Assembly: GCA_005885285.1 (NCBI GenBank)
Contig: VAZG01000187.1
Span: forward strand, 2,282-66,281
DNA length: 64,000 nucleotides
Direction of reading: 5' to 3'
Source: Alphaproteobacteria bacterium
GTDB lineage: Bacteria > Pseudomonadota > Alphaproteobacteria > Rhizobiales > Xanthobacteraceae
Every line of letters starts with the position of its first letter. The stretch's first letter is position 1. The notes beneath the pieces are model-generated. The model was not told the origin of the DNA. It made no database searches and was given only the letters and a program-made list of their open reading frames with translations. Both the position numbers and the translations under genes were made by a program. Positions 47,737 to 57,340 of this stretch are shown here, piece by piece.

Positions 47737-49179
47737 ATGTTGACGAAACGCGATCTGCTTCGGTCCGCCGCCTTGGCTGCCATTACCGCCACAACGGCGA
47801 AGTCCATCCCGGCGCTAGCGCAGACGAGCGCGGATCGCCCTGGCTTCCTCAAGGCCAAGGACATTGCCGAGGCAGGTTTCATCTTCGGCCTTCCGATCGT
47901 GATGAACTATGGTGTGATGTACGAGTACGCCGTCGATCGCAATTCGGGTCAGTTCAAGGCCCCGTTCAATCAGATCAAGAACGAATCCAGCGTATTCACC
48001 TACAAAGACACGGCCATTCCCACACCGAACAGCGACACGCCGTATTCGCTTGTCTGGATGGACTTGCGGGCGGAGCCTGTCGTTCTTTCCGTTCCGGCGG
48101 TGGATCCGAAGCGCTACTACTCGGTCCAGCTCTGCGACGGCAATACCTATAACTACGGCTATATCGGCAGCCGTGCCAGCGGAAGCGAGGCCGGCGATTA
48201 CATGGTTGTCGGCCCCGAGTGGAAGGGCACGACCCCGCCCGGGATCAAGAAGGTCTTCAAGTCGGGCACACAGCTGTCGCTGGCGATCTATCGCACCCAG
48301 CTTTTCAATCCGGACGACATCGAAAACGTGAAGAAGGTGCAGGCCGGCTACAAGGTACAGACGCTATCCGCCTATCTGAACCAGCCGGCGACGGTGGCTG
48401 CCACTGCCATCGACTTCCCGAAAATCGACAAGGAGCTCGTGAAGACGAATTTCTTCGAATATCTGGACTTCGCGCTGCAATTGGCGCCCCCACAGGAAAA
48501 TGAGAAGGAGATACGCGCACAGCTTGCACGCATCGGCGTCGGGCCGGACAAGACCTTCAATTTCAAGGATCTCCCGCTGGAGCAAAAGCTGGAGATCGGC
48601 CTGGGTATGAAAGAAGGTGAGAAGAAGATTGACGAGGGCGTGGCCAATGCCGGCAAGGCGATCAATGGCTGGCGGGTCAGCGGCCTGCCAGGCGATAGCG
48701 CCTACTACAGTGGCGACTGGTTGAAGCGCGCTGTCGCCGCAAAGGCCGGCATATACGGCAATAGCCCACAGGAGGCGATGTATCCATTCACCCGCGTCGA
48801 CAGCGACAGTCAGACGCTCGACGGTAGCAAGAGTAACTATACGCTGACATTCCCTCCCGGTCAGCAGCCGCCGGTGAATGCCTTCTGGTCGCTCACGATG
48901 TACGACGGGAAGATGCAGCTTCTGATCGAAAATCCAATCAACCGCTATCTCATCAACTCGCCAATGCTGCCGGGCATGAAGAAGGACTCCGATGGCTCCC
49001 TTACACTTTACATCCAGAACAAATCACCGGGCGCGGACAGGGAATCCAACTGGCTGCCTGCTCCGAACGGTCCGATCTATCTGGTGATCCGCCTCTACTG
49101 GCCGAAGGCCGAACCACCGTCGATCTTGCCGGCGGGCGAAGGCACGTGGAAACCGCCAGGAGTGATGCGGGTTTCGTAG
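47737..49179 (+). CDS. DUF1254/DUF1214 domain exported protein with Tat-like signal
   Basis: KRDLLRS; TPNSDTPYS, FWSLTMYD, NWLPAP, RLYWP motifs. Confidence 0.9.
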   Translation: MLTKRDLLRSAALAAITATTAKSIPALAQTSADRPGFLKAKDIAEAGFIFGLPIVMNYGVMYEYAVDRNSGQFKAPFNQIKNESSVFTYKDTAIPTPNSDTPYSLVWMDLRAEPVVLSVPAVDPKRYYSVQLCDGNTYNYGYIGSRASGSEAGDYMVVGPEWKGTTPPGIKKVFKSGTQLSLAIYRTQLFNPDDIENVKKVQAGYKVQTLSAYLNQPATVAATAIDFPKIDKELVKTNFFEYLDFALQLAPPQENEKEIRAQLARIGVGPDKTFNFKDLPLEQKLEIGLGMKEGEKKIDEGVANAGKAINGWRVSGLPGDSAYYSGDWLKRAVAAKAGIYGNSPQEAMYPFTRVDSDSQTLDGSKSNYTLTFPPGQQPPVNAFWSLTMYDGKMQLLIENPINRYLINSPMLPGMKKDSDGSLTLYIQNKSPGADRESNWLPAPNGPIYLVIRLYWPKAEPPSILPAGEGTWKPPGVMRVS

Positions 49180-49311
49180 GAGCACGAGATAGCAGCCTCG
49201 GCATCGGGGATTCCGAGCGATTGCCGAACCCAAGGGATCGGCGTCGCGTCGCAATGATGGCCACTAACGCCGGCAGCGGTGGCGATCGGCCCAGCGTTTG
49301 GAGTAACGAGC

Positions 49312-50634
49312 ATGATGTCGACGAAATTGCCGATTTGGCTTCGCTTTTTCCTTCTTGTCGGTGTTGTCATCTTTGCGGCAGGCGCAGGTCTCCTTGCCTA
49401 TCGATATTACACCCGCCCGGCAACGCTGACGGTGGCGGTCGGCTCGATCGACGGCGAGGCCGCCAAGGCAATGTCCGCGATCGCAAGCGAGCTCGTTTCG
49501 ACCAACGCGCCGGTGCGGCTTAAGGTTATCGACAGCGGCACCGCACTTGAGGCCGCTAATGCCTTCTCCGCGGGCAAAGTCGATCTCGCCGTGGTTCGCG
49601 GCGATGTCGGCGACCTGTCGCAAGCCCAAGCCGTCGTCGTCGTCAGCCATATGGTCGTACTGATGATTGCACCGCCCGGATCGCCCATCGACGGCATCGA
49701 CGGCCTGAAGGGACATACGATCGGCGTGGTCGGCGGCGCAGCGAACGCCAAAATTGTCGACGTGTTGACCAAGGAATATGATCTGGCCAATGCAAAAGTT
49801 GTGTTCAAGAACCTTGCCTTGACGGATGTCCGGCAAGCCATTCAGTCAAAACAGGTTAGTGCCCTGCTTGTCGCGATCCCGCTCGCCGAAAAATATCTCG
49901 CGCTCGTTCGCGGATTTTTTCAGCTCGACCACAAGAAGGTGCCGGTGCTGATCCCAATCGAGTCCGCGGCGGCAATCGCCGAGGCCGAACGCGCCTTTGA
50001 AAGTTTCGACGTCCCCAAGGGCACGCTGCGGGGAGCGCCACCGGTCCCGGACGATGACCTGACGACCTTGCGGACCTCGTTATATCTGGTGGCCCAGAAG
50101 AAGCTCGGCACCGATCTCGTCACCAGCCTGACGCAAGCGATCATGAGGGTGCGCAGGGATCTTCTGCGCGAGCAGCCGATCTTCGCGCAGATCACCGCGC
50201 CCAGCACCGACCAGGACGCCTACCTTCCATTGCACCCTGGAGCGGCAGCCGTGTACAACAGCACCACGCAGAGTTTTATGGATGAATACGGCAACTGGAT
50301 CTATCTGACGCCGATGGTGCTTGGCGGCGTTGCTACCATGCTTGCCGCAGCCTGGAATTTTCTCGGCATCGGCAAGTCCGCGCCTGAAGGCCCGCTGGAT
50401 TCTCTTTATGCCCTGGCGCGCCGAATTCGGAAGGTCAACACAGACATCGAATTGTCGGACATCGAAGAAGAAATCGACGACATCCTAAAAGCGGAGCGCG
50501 TCAAATCCACTGCCGGAGACGAGAGCGCGGTCGATGCTGTCACATTGAACGTGGCAGCCCATCGGCTGGAGAGCTTGATTCACGACCGGCGCGCATTGCT
50601 CGCGAAGAGACCCGCCGTTGCCTCCGCGGCCTAG
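49312..50634 (+). CDS. TAXI-family TRAP solute-binding-like protein with membrane anchors
   Basis: TLTVAVG..VDLAVVRGD..PLHPGAAAVY; additional C-terminal TM. Confidence 0.75.
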   Translation: MMSTKLPIWLRFFLLVGVVIFAAGAGLLAYRYYTRPATLTVAVGSIDGEAAKAMSAIASELVSTNAPVRLKVIDSGTALEAANAFSAGKVDLAVVRGDVGDLSQAQAVVVVSHMVVLMIAPPGSPIDGIDGLKGHTIGVVGGAANAKIVDVLTKEYDLANAKVVFKNLALTDVRQAIQSKQVSALLVAIPLAEKYLALVRGFFQLDHKKVPVLIPIESAAAIAEAERAFESFDVPKGTLRGAPPVPDDDLTTLRTSLYLVAQKKLGTDLVTSLTQAIMRVRRDLLREQPIFAQITAPSTDQDAYLPLHPGAAAVYNSTTQSFMDEYGNWIYLTPMVLGGVATMLAAAWNFLGIGKSAPEGPLDSLYALARRIRKVNTDIELSDIEEEIDDILKAERVKSTAGDESAVDAVTLNVAAHRLESLIHDRRALLAKRPAVASAA

Positions 50635-50705
50635 TCGATACCGACCACGTCGCCCACCCGACGCGGAGCTGACCGAAGCAGAGAATAAAACCATGGAGAG
50701 CCGTC

Positions 50706-50918
50706 ATGAAACATCTGATGATTCCGGTATTGCTGGCAGCAGGCCTCATTGCCCTGAGCACGATGGAAGCAAGCGCTGTCGTTTGCGCGCGTGGGGTGGT
50801 TCGTGCTGGCTGCGTCGCCGCCGGCGGCAGTGCCGCCGTGGTGAGAGCGCCAGTCGTCCGTCCTGCCGGTGCGGTTGTCGCGCCACGGGGTGCCGTGGTT
50901 CGCCGCAGAGTGTACTGA
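50706..50918 (+). CDS. small secreted Arg/Val-rich protein
   Basis: RBS GGAG; signal peptide (EASA); VCARGVVRAGC..VVRRRVY. Confidence 0.65.
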   Translation: MKHLMIPVLLAAGLIALSTMEASAVVCARGVVRAGCVAAGGSAAVVRAPVVRPAGAVVAPRGAVVRRRVY

Positions 50919-51014
50919 TATTTCAGCACGTATCGGCATCGCCAGGCTCATCCGGTCGCTCTGTTGCCAAGTAGATGCAGAGCGATGGCTGCTGCTTCGA
51001 GACAATGGTGAATC

Positions 51015-51758
51015 ATGAATGCAATCGCGCTATCGTGCATCACGTTTGCATGCATCTCTGGCGGTGCCCTGCTCGGCATGTTCCTTCCCGGGCATCACCT
51101 GAGCACCGATGATAAGGATTTTGTCAGGCTGGGCACGGGCCTCATCGGGACTATCGCCGCGCTTGTCCTCGGCCTCCTGATCGCCTCGGCAAAGAGCTCT
51201 TACGACACACAGAGCACCCAAGTCACGCATATGACGAGCAATATTGTCCTGCTCGACAATCTGCTGACGGAGTATGGACCGGAGACGAATGCACTACGGA
51301 ATCTGTTACGGCGCGGCGTCGTTGTCTTAGCCGATCGAATGTGGCGTGAGAACAGTTCTGACGTCGCCAAGGTCAGCCCATTCGCGGCGAGCAGCGAAAG
51401 CGAAACATTCTTTGCGAAACTTCAGCAGCTATCGCCGCAGAACGATTCACAGCGCTCCCTGCAAGCCAGGGCCATACAGATCGCCACCGACATTGCGCAA
51501 ACCCGCTTGCTGCTGTTCGCGCAGACGAACAACTCAATCCCGATGCCGTTCCTGGTCGTTCTGATTTTCTGGCTCACCATCATCTTTGGTACCTTCGGGC
51601 TGTTTACGAAACCAAATGCAATCGTTTTTAGCTCGCTGTTCGTTTTTGCGTTGTCGGCGGCCGGCGCGATTTACCTCGTTCTGGAGCTGGGCCAGCCGTT
51701 TGCGGGTCTGATGCAAATCTCCAGCGCGCCGCTTCGCAACGCCCTCATGCCGCTTTGA
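51015..51758 (+). CDS. DUF4239-like membrane protein
   Basis: IAALVLGLLIASAKSSYD; LELGQPFAGLMQIS. Confidence 0.75.
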   Translation: MNAIALSCITFACISGGALLGMFLPGHHLSTDDKDFVRLGTGLIGTIAALVLGLLIASAKSSYDTQSTQVTHMTSNIVLLDNLLTEYGPETNALRNLLRRGVVVLADRMWRENSSDVAKVSPFAASSESETFFAKLQQLSPQNDSQRSLQARAIQIATDIAQTRLLLFAQTNNSIPMPFLVVLIFWLTIIFGTFGLFTKPNAIVFSSLFVFALSAAGAIYLVLELGQPFAGLMQISSAPLRNALMPL

Positions 51759-52074
51759 GTTACCGCGTGACGGCAAAGCGAGGCAGCCGTTATTTGGCGA
51801 TCAGATCCATTTGGAGCACTTGGTCCGCGACTGCAATGACCAATTGAGAGCTCACAATTATCATCGAGAATGAGATCGGCATCTCAGGCCTCCTACTCGG
51901 TCTGGCTCGTCGGCTCTCCACTTTCTTCGGAGCCGGCGGCTTTCGTCGATGCGAAAACGGACCGACAAATCTTTTGTGGCCAACAAAGGGCCGTTTTTGC
52001 ATAGACAAGCTGGGCGAATGCTATTTGGCTCGTCGGATTGAGGCATCTGTCAAACAAGCCAAAGGGATACTGAC

Positions 52075-52347
52075 ATGCGGGCCCAAATTGCATACCCGGC
52101 GATCCTCACAGCATCCGTATTAGGTTCGATGCTGACGGCCACAGCACAAACCGGCGAGTTCCCCCTTCAAATCCCTGGCTCAGTCGTTCACCGCGGCTGG
52201 GAGATTCAAGACCAGGCACAAGCTGCCCGATCAGCCACGGCCGCCAGATCGGTGAGGCGCACCGGCGGAAGTTACGATGGTTCGAAATCTGCGAAGCCAG
52301 TAGCAGGTGGCGTCACGACAACCTCCGGGACCAAGGGCGAACGATGA
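52075..52347 (+). CDS. small secreted hypothetical protein
   Basis: Signal peptide (ATA); followed by a terminator-like hairpin. Confidence 0.45.
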   Translation: MRAQIAYPAILTASVLGSMLTATAQTGEFPLQIPGSVVHRGWEIQDQAQAARSATAARSVRRTGGSYDGSKSAKPVAGGVTTTSGTKGER

Positions 52348-52411
52348 GATACTGCTAAGGATGTTGGTGATTTCTCCTTGGTCGCGCACTGAGCGCTGGT
52401 TTAGAAGAAGC

Positions 52412-52435
52412 AAGGCCGCCAACTGAGGCGGCCTT
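52412..52435. terminator. hairpin AAGGCCGCC-AACTGA-GGCGGCCTT
   Basis: 9-bp perfect stem between convergent units. Confidence 0.6.
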
Positions 52436-52533
52436 ATTTCTTCGTGCCAACAGCTTGCCGCTAGAGTTTTCGACCATGCGTCCCCAGCCGCAACGGGCGC
52501 AAATTCGGCATGTTGGCGCGGTCCTGCATCAAT

Positions 52534-52664
52534 TTAGTAGCACGGCCCATACGGATAGTATCCGCAACGAGCAGCTCCGTAAGCTCCAGCGGCAGCTGCT
52601 CCCACTGCAGCAGCTCCGACGCCTACCGCCACTCCACGGCGTACGACTGCACCACGATAAACGC
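52534..52664 (-). pseudogene. 3' remnant of a paralog of the 11161-11451 peptide
   Basis: Reads VYRGAVVRRGVAVGVGAAAVGAAAAGAYGAARCGYYPYGPCY*. Confidence 0.75.
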
Positions 52665-52874
52665 GAGATCAATCTGCCTGCCGACGCGCGGACCGAGCAG
52701 TCCGGAAATCACCAGCGACGCGGAGAATGCGGCGAAGAACCAGTTGCTCGAAATGCCGAGATCGTCCGCGATGGGATCCGCAAGGATCGCAGGCAGGTAG
52801 TAGCTCGACGCCCAGGCGAGAGTCTGTGTGGTCCCCAGCGCGACGACGACAGATAACTGACGGTGTACGGCCAC
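52665..52874 (-). pseudogene. arsK: ArsK-like MFS transporter, N-terminal fragment only
   Basis: ALGTTQTLAWASSYYLPAILA..GPRVGRQIDL, cut after about 70 aa. Confidence 0.7.
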
Positions 52875-52875
52875 T

Positions 52876-54246
52876 TCAGGAACATCCGCAGCCGGTCTTC
52901 CCCGCGACTTTCGCGCTGGCATCTTCCATGCAGCACGCGTCGATACCTACCGGCGCTGGACCCCCGCAGCATCCTGCCGCAGCGGTGCCACCTTCGACAC
53001 CGCCGCGTGTGCAGACACCTGTCTCCGGCAGCTTGAGTTCAACGCGTTCGGCGGCTTCACGATCGCCTGCGATGTCTGCAGTGATCGAGCGTACCTGTTC
53101 GTATCCGGTGATCATCAAAAACGTCGGGGCGCGGCCATATGATTTCATACCAGCGATGTAGAAGCCGGGTTCGTCTTGTTGCAGTTCGCGAGCGCCATGC
53201 GGTCGAACCGTGCCACAGCTATGTTCGTTCGGATCGATCAGCGGCGCCAGGGCGACGGGTGCCTCTATCGCCGGATCCAACCCGAGACGCACCTCGCTGA
53301 GGAACGAGAAATCCGGGCGGAAGCCGGTTGCCACCACCAATTCGTCGACGAGGATATGGCGCCCACAGCAGCTGGAGCCAGCAGTAACCTGCAGCCGATC
53401 GTCAACCAACGCGATCTTTGTGACGGGGAATCCAGCCTCGACTTTCACTTGTCCGGACGCGACGAGCGATGCGAAGTGTGCGCCAAGCTCGCCACGGGCG
53501 AGGAGTTTATCGTTAGAACCGCCGCCAAACGCTTTCGCCGGATCGTTGCCGCGCAACAACCAGATTACGTCCGTGCCCGGCACCTGGTGCGCGAGAGTGA
53601 CCAAATCCGTTAGCGTGCCAATTGCCGAATGCCCGGCACCGAGAACGCCGACGGTCTGCCCAGCGAAGCGCGCACGATCCCTTCCGAGGACATCCGGTAT
53701 ACCGTAGGAAATTATAAACTGCGCCTCGCCCTCGCCGATTGCCGGCAGGCCGTTGGCGCCAGCTGGGTTCGGCGACGACCAGGTTCCCGACACGTCGATC
53801 ACGGCGTCGGCGCGTAACATCTCCGGTCCTTTTCCATTTTGGTAGCGGATTTCGAATGGCGCGTTTTCGCGGCCGCGCGTCTTCGCCTTGTCGAACCCCA
53901 ACCGACTTACGGCCGTGACGCGGCTGGATGTCCAGATGACATCCTTCAAGGGCGTCTTGGTGGCGAGCGGACCAAGGTAGCGATCGAGGAGTTCGGCGCC
54001 GGTTGGATAGACGTGTGGGTCCGGCGAGTTCCAGCCAGTCGACGAAAGCAGCCTCTCGGCGGCCTTATCGACGTTGTACTCCCAAGGCGAGAAGAGCTGA
54101 ACGTGCTGCCATTGACGCACGGCATGCGCGGGCTCGGACCCCGCTTCCAGGACGATCGGCCTAAGACCCCGTTCAAGCAAATGGGCGGCGGCCGCGAGCC
54201 CAACGGGACCTCCGCCGATGATGGCGACTGTTTTCGGCTGATCCAT
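52876..54246 (-). CDS. flavin-dependent monooxygenase, ArsV-like (organoarsenical oxidase)
   Basis: GxGxxG FAD and NADPH motifs (IGGGPVG, GAGHSA), ATGF, GMKSYGRAPTFL; Cys-rich tail; arsR-X-arsK context. Confidence 0.75.
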   Translation of the reverse strand: MDQPKTVAIIGGGPVGLAAAAHLLERGLRPIVLEAGSEPAHAVRQWQHVQLFSPWEYNVDKAAERLLSSTGWNSPDPHVYPTGAELLDRYLGPLATKTPLKDVIWTSSRVTAVSRLGFDKAKTRGRENAPFEIRYQNGKGPEMLRADAVIDVSGTWSSPNPAGANGLPAIGEGEAQFIISYGIPDVLGRDRARFAGQTVGVLGAGHSAIGTLTDLVTLAHQVPGTDVIWLLRGNDPAKAFGGGSNDKLLARGELGAHFASLVASGQVKVEAGFPVTKIALVDDRLQVTAGSSCCGRHILVDELVVATGFRPDFSFLSEVRLGLDPAIEAPVALAPLIDPNEHSCGTVRPHGARELQQDEPGFYIAGMKSYGRAPTFLMITGYEQVRSITADIAGDREAAERVELKLPETGVCTRGGVEGGTAAAGCCGGPAPVGIDACCMEDASAKVAGKTGCGCS

Positions 54247-54296
54247 TGTGGCTTCTCCTATCAAACTAGAAATATCGAATTTAAGGGCCCGGAAAG

Positions 54297-54614
54297 TCAG
54301 GCCGCGGCGCTCGTGTCCTTGCACTCGGCGGCGTCCGCGCAACACTCGGCAACGAGGAAATCCACCAGCCCTCGCATGACCTCGTAGTTCGCATGGCACA
54401 CCAACGTGGTGGCTTCTCGCACTTGGCTAATCAGGCCAACCATCACCAACGTTTTGATGTGATGCGAAAGGGTCGAGGGAGCGATCTTCAGCTTGTCCTG
54501 CAGGCGGCCGACCGGCAGACCCGCGTCGCCCGCGCGAACCAGCGCTCGGTAGATTTTAAGCCGGGTCGGATTGCCCAAGGCTTCGAGGTGTGCTGCTGCG
54601 TCATCAAGCTTCAT
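54297..54614 (-). CDS. arsR: ArsR family repressor
   Basis: LEALGNPTRL, STLSHH; C-terminal ECCADAAEC. Confidence 0.88.
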   Translation of the reverse strand: MKLDDAAAHLEALGNPTRLKIYRALVRAGDAGLPVGRLQDKLKIAPSTLSHHIKTLVMVGLISQVREATTLVCHANYEVMRGLVDFLVAECCADAAECKDTSAAA

Positions 54615-54649
54615 TGTTTCATCGTAGCATCGTCGTATTCGAATGACAA

Positions 54650-54669
54650 CCATATTTCTAGGATAATGG
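54650..54669. promoter_or_regulatory. putative ArsR operator
   Basis: CCATATTTCTAGGATAATGG overlapping the arsR start; resembles 61144-61163. Confidence 0.5.
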
Positions 54670-55019
54670 AACTATCAGAACTTGACAGCACCGTTCAATT
54701 CCATGACTCTCGCACGCGGCTTGAAGCGTTCCGGTTGCTGATCAAGCATGAGCCGCAAGGCGTTGCTGCGGGCGAGTTGGCTCGTCTTCTGTCGGTGCCC
54801 CAGAATACCCTTTCAGCCCATCTGAACGTGCTGACTCATGCCAATCTGGTGACGTCGGAGCGCCGAAGCCGGTCGATCATCTATCGCGCTCGACTGGATA
54901 GGCTGGAAGCGCTTTTGCTATTTTTGATGCAAGACTGCTGCAATGGACGCCCTGATGTCAGCACTCAGGTAATGAAGAGCGTAGCGAAGCAATTTTCCGC
55001 TACAAGGAGGGAACGCTGA
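54666..55019 (+). CDS. arsR: ArsR family repressor (atypical N-terminus, two Cys)
   Basis: TRLEAFRLLIKHEP, QNTLSAHL, DCCNGRPDVS. Confidence 0.75.
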   Translation: MELSELDSTVQFHDSRTRLEAFRLLIKHEPQGVAAGELARLLSVPQNTLSAHLNVLTHANLVTSERRSRSIIYRARLDRLEALLLFLMQDCCNGRPDVSTQVMKSVAKQFSATRRER

Positions 55020-55717
55020 TGCCGACTTTCGATCTGCGTCGGCGACTCTTCGCCGAGTTACTCGGTACAGCCCTCCTAGTAACAACGGTGGTCGGCTCCG
55101 GTATCATGGCCGAAACCCTGACAAAGGATGTCGCGCTTGCCTTGCTGGGCAACACGCTTCCCACGGGGGCGATCCTTGTTGTGCTCATCACTGTGCTTGG
55201 TCCGATCTCTGGGGCTCATTTCAACCCGGCCGTCTCGATCGTATTTGCGTTGAAACGCGAGCTTAGCACTCGGGAAACTGCGCTCTATATCATAGCGCAA
55301 ATCGTCGGCGGCATCCTGGGCACGATGATTGCGCACGGCATGTTTGCACTTCCCTTGCTGGAAGCTTCGATGAAGATCCGCACAGGTGGCGCGCAATGGT
55401 TCGCGGAGGCCATAGCGGCCTTTGGCTTGGTGGCAACCATCCTAGCAGGAACTCGCTTTCAGCAAAGCGCAGTTCCGTGGCTGGTCGGACTCTATATCAC
55501 AGCAGCCTATTGGTTCACCGCATCAACCTCGTTCGCAAATCCGGCCGTTGCGATCGCGCGATCGTTCACCAACACGTTTTCTGGCATTCGCCCGCTCGAC
55601 CTGCCCGGCTTCATCATCGCGGAGATCTGCGGTGCCGTGATTGGTATGATCGTGATGGCCTGGCTCTTGCGCCCCGACCCTTACGCCAAACCGCTTGATC
55701 CGGAGGCCAAATTATGA
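55019..55717 (+). CDS. MIP-family arsenite channel (AqpS-like)
   Basis: HFNPAV and SFANPAV motifs; located between arsR and arsC. Confidence 0.88.
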   Translation: MPTFDLRRRLFAELLGTALLVTTVVGSGIMAETLTKDVALALLGNTLPTGAILVVLITVLGPISGAHFNPAVSIVFALKRELSTRETALYIIAQIVGGILGTMIAHGMFALPLLEASMKIRTGGAQWFAEAIAAFGLVATILAGTRFQQSAVPWLVGLYITAAYWFTASTSFANPAVAIARSFTNTFSGIRPLDLPGFIIAEICGAVIGMIVMAWLLRPDPYAKPLDPEAKL

Positions 55718-56130
55718 GCGTGACCATCTATCACAATCCGGATTGCGGTACGTCGCGCAATGTACTCGCCATGATCAGACAGGGCGGAATCGAGCCTGAG
55801 ATCGTTGAATATCTAAAAACGCCACCATCGCGCGAGAAACTGATCGAATTGATCAAAGCGATGAACGTCAGCGTCCGGGCGCTTCTGCGGGAGAGGGGCA
55901 CGCCATATCACGAACTTGGTCTATGGGAGGCAAATTTGACGGACGACCAGCTAATCGACCAGATGCTCGCGCACCCGATCCTGATCAACCGTCCCATCGT
56001 GGTGACGGATAAAGGCGTGATGCTTTGCCGTCCGTCCGAGACCGTTCTTCCCCTGCTTCCTAACCCGGATATTGGGCGGTTCGTCAAGGAAGACGGCGAG
56101 ATTGTCGAGGCCGGTGCTCTTAAAGATTAA
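55714..56130 (+). CDS. arsC: glutaredoxin-dependent arsenate reductase
   Basis: HNPDCGTSRN, HPILINRPIV, CRPSE. Confidence 0.93.
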   Translation: MSVTIYHNPDCGTSRNVLAMIRQGGIEPEIVEYLKTPPSREKLIELIKAMNVSVRALLRERGTPYHELGLWEANLTDDQLIDQMLAHPILINRPIVVTDKGVMLCRPSETVLPLLPNPDIGRFVKEDGEIVEAGALKD

Positions 56131-57282
56131 ACGCAGTTCGGAATGGGTAATACCGCACTGGCGCTCCTGCGGGCAGGTCGTCGTGCTCAGCAGGAATACA
56201 GCCGAGACCATCGGCGAGGACCAGGGGGCGCAAGCGTGCTGACCCTCCCCGTCCGAGCTTCTCCAATAACGGAGTCCCTTGCGAATCGTGACCGACCACG
56301 CGGACAGGTACGAATTCGGTACGGCCCAAACGGTGCGAAAAGCTCGAGCCAGCTTTGGCCATCACCGTCGCGTGCTCAAGTGTACCGCCAGCGGCTTCCC
56401 CGGCTTCAGGGCAAGCGAAAGCTTCTCGCAGCTGCCGCCGGCCGCCAGGACTGAGGAAACAACATGGTCCGCATCGCTGCCTGAAACGCCACCTGAACAG
56501 ATCAGCAGGTCGAAAGTGCGGGCTGCCCGCGCGATTTGCCTGGTCAGTCGTTTTGGATCGTCGGGACAGCACCCGAGCATGCGCAGCTCAAGTGCCGGCG
56601 AAGAGAAGAGAGCTTGCAACATTGGACCGTTGCTGTCGTAGATCTGGTGTGGGCGTCGCGATCCGCCGGGCCGGGTCAGTTCGTCGCCGGTAGAGAGGAC
56701 GGCAACCCGGACGCGCCGCCGGACCTTGACGTGGGTCGCACCGGAGGCGGAGAGGATCGCGACATGTCTCGCATCGATCAACGTACCGGCTTCGATAATT
56801 TCCGAGCGGATGCCGACATCTTCGCCCGAACGGCGAATATTGAGCCCCGCCTCGGCGGGTTTTTCGATTGTGACATTTCGCTCCCGCGCGGTCGCCCTCT
56901 CTTCCATTACGACGGCAGCAACACGCTTCGGAACGGCGGCGCCGGTCAAGAGCCGCACCACCTCTCCCGCTGCGAGCCCAGGCGCAGCAAACGATCCGGC
57001 AACAACCTTGCCGGCCAGCTGGAAAGGACCGGTGGATGCTGCGGCGACATCGCCGGCATGGATTCCGTACCCGTCCACCGCGCTTTGGTCGAATGGAGGC
57101 AGTGGTATCTCGGAAACAACGGGGACTATCGTGATGCGACCCGCGCACGCGCGCAACGCGACCGTCTCTTTCCCCGCCACGGGCGCGACCACCCCGCGCG
57201 CGATCTTCAGTGCAGCGTCGACGCCGAGCAATCCGGGCCGGTCACAGACGCTCTCGGTGAAAAGCACTAGCCCCTCCCACAA
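56120..57282 (-). pseudogene. moeA: molybdopterin molybdotransferase, frameshifted with internal deletion
   Basis: SAVDGY, LLTGA, STGDEL, DSNGPML, SGGVS and KPGKP motifs, then a frameshift near 56380; the conserved LPGNP segment is absent before RTEFVPVRV. Confidence 0.85.
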
Positions 57283-57286
57283 AGAT

Positions 57287-57310
57287 GCCCGGGCACCTTG
57301 GCACCCGGGC
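57287..57310 (-). terminator. hairpin downstream of aioA
   Basis: GCCCGGGTGC-CAAG-GTGCCCGGGC (two G-U pairs) followed by ATCTTT. Confidence 0.45.
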
Positions 57311-57340
57311 TTTCGAGTTTAGGGAAGAAGGGCGAACATG

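Noticed and set aside
51790-51880. MPISFSMIIVSSQLVIAVADQV mini-ORF
   Set aside because: Possibly the signal-peptide remnant of a secreted protein gene, but too short to support.
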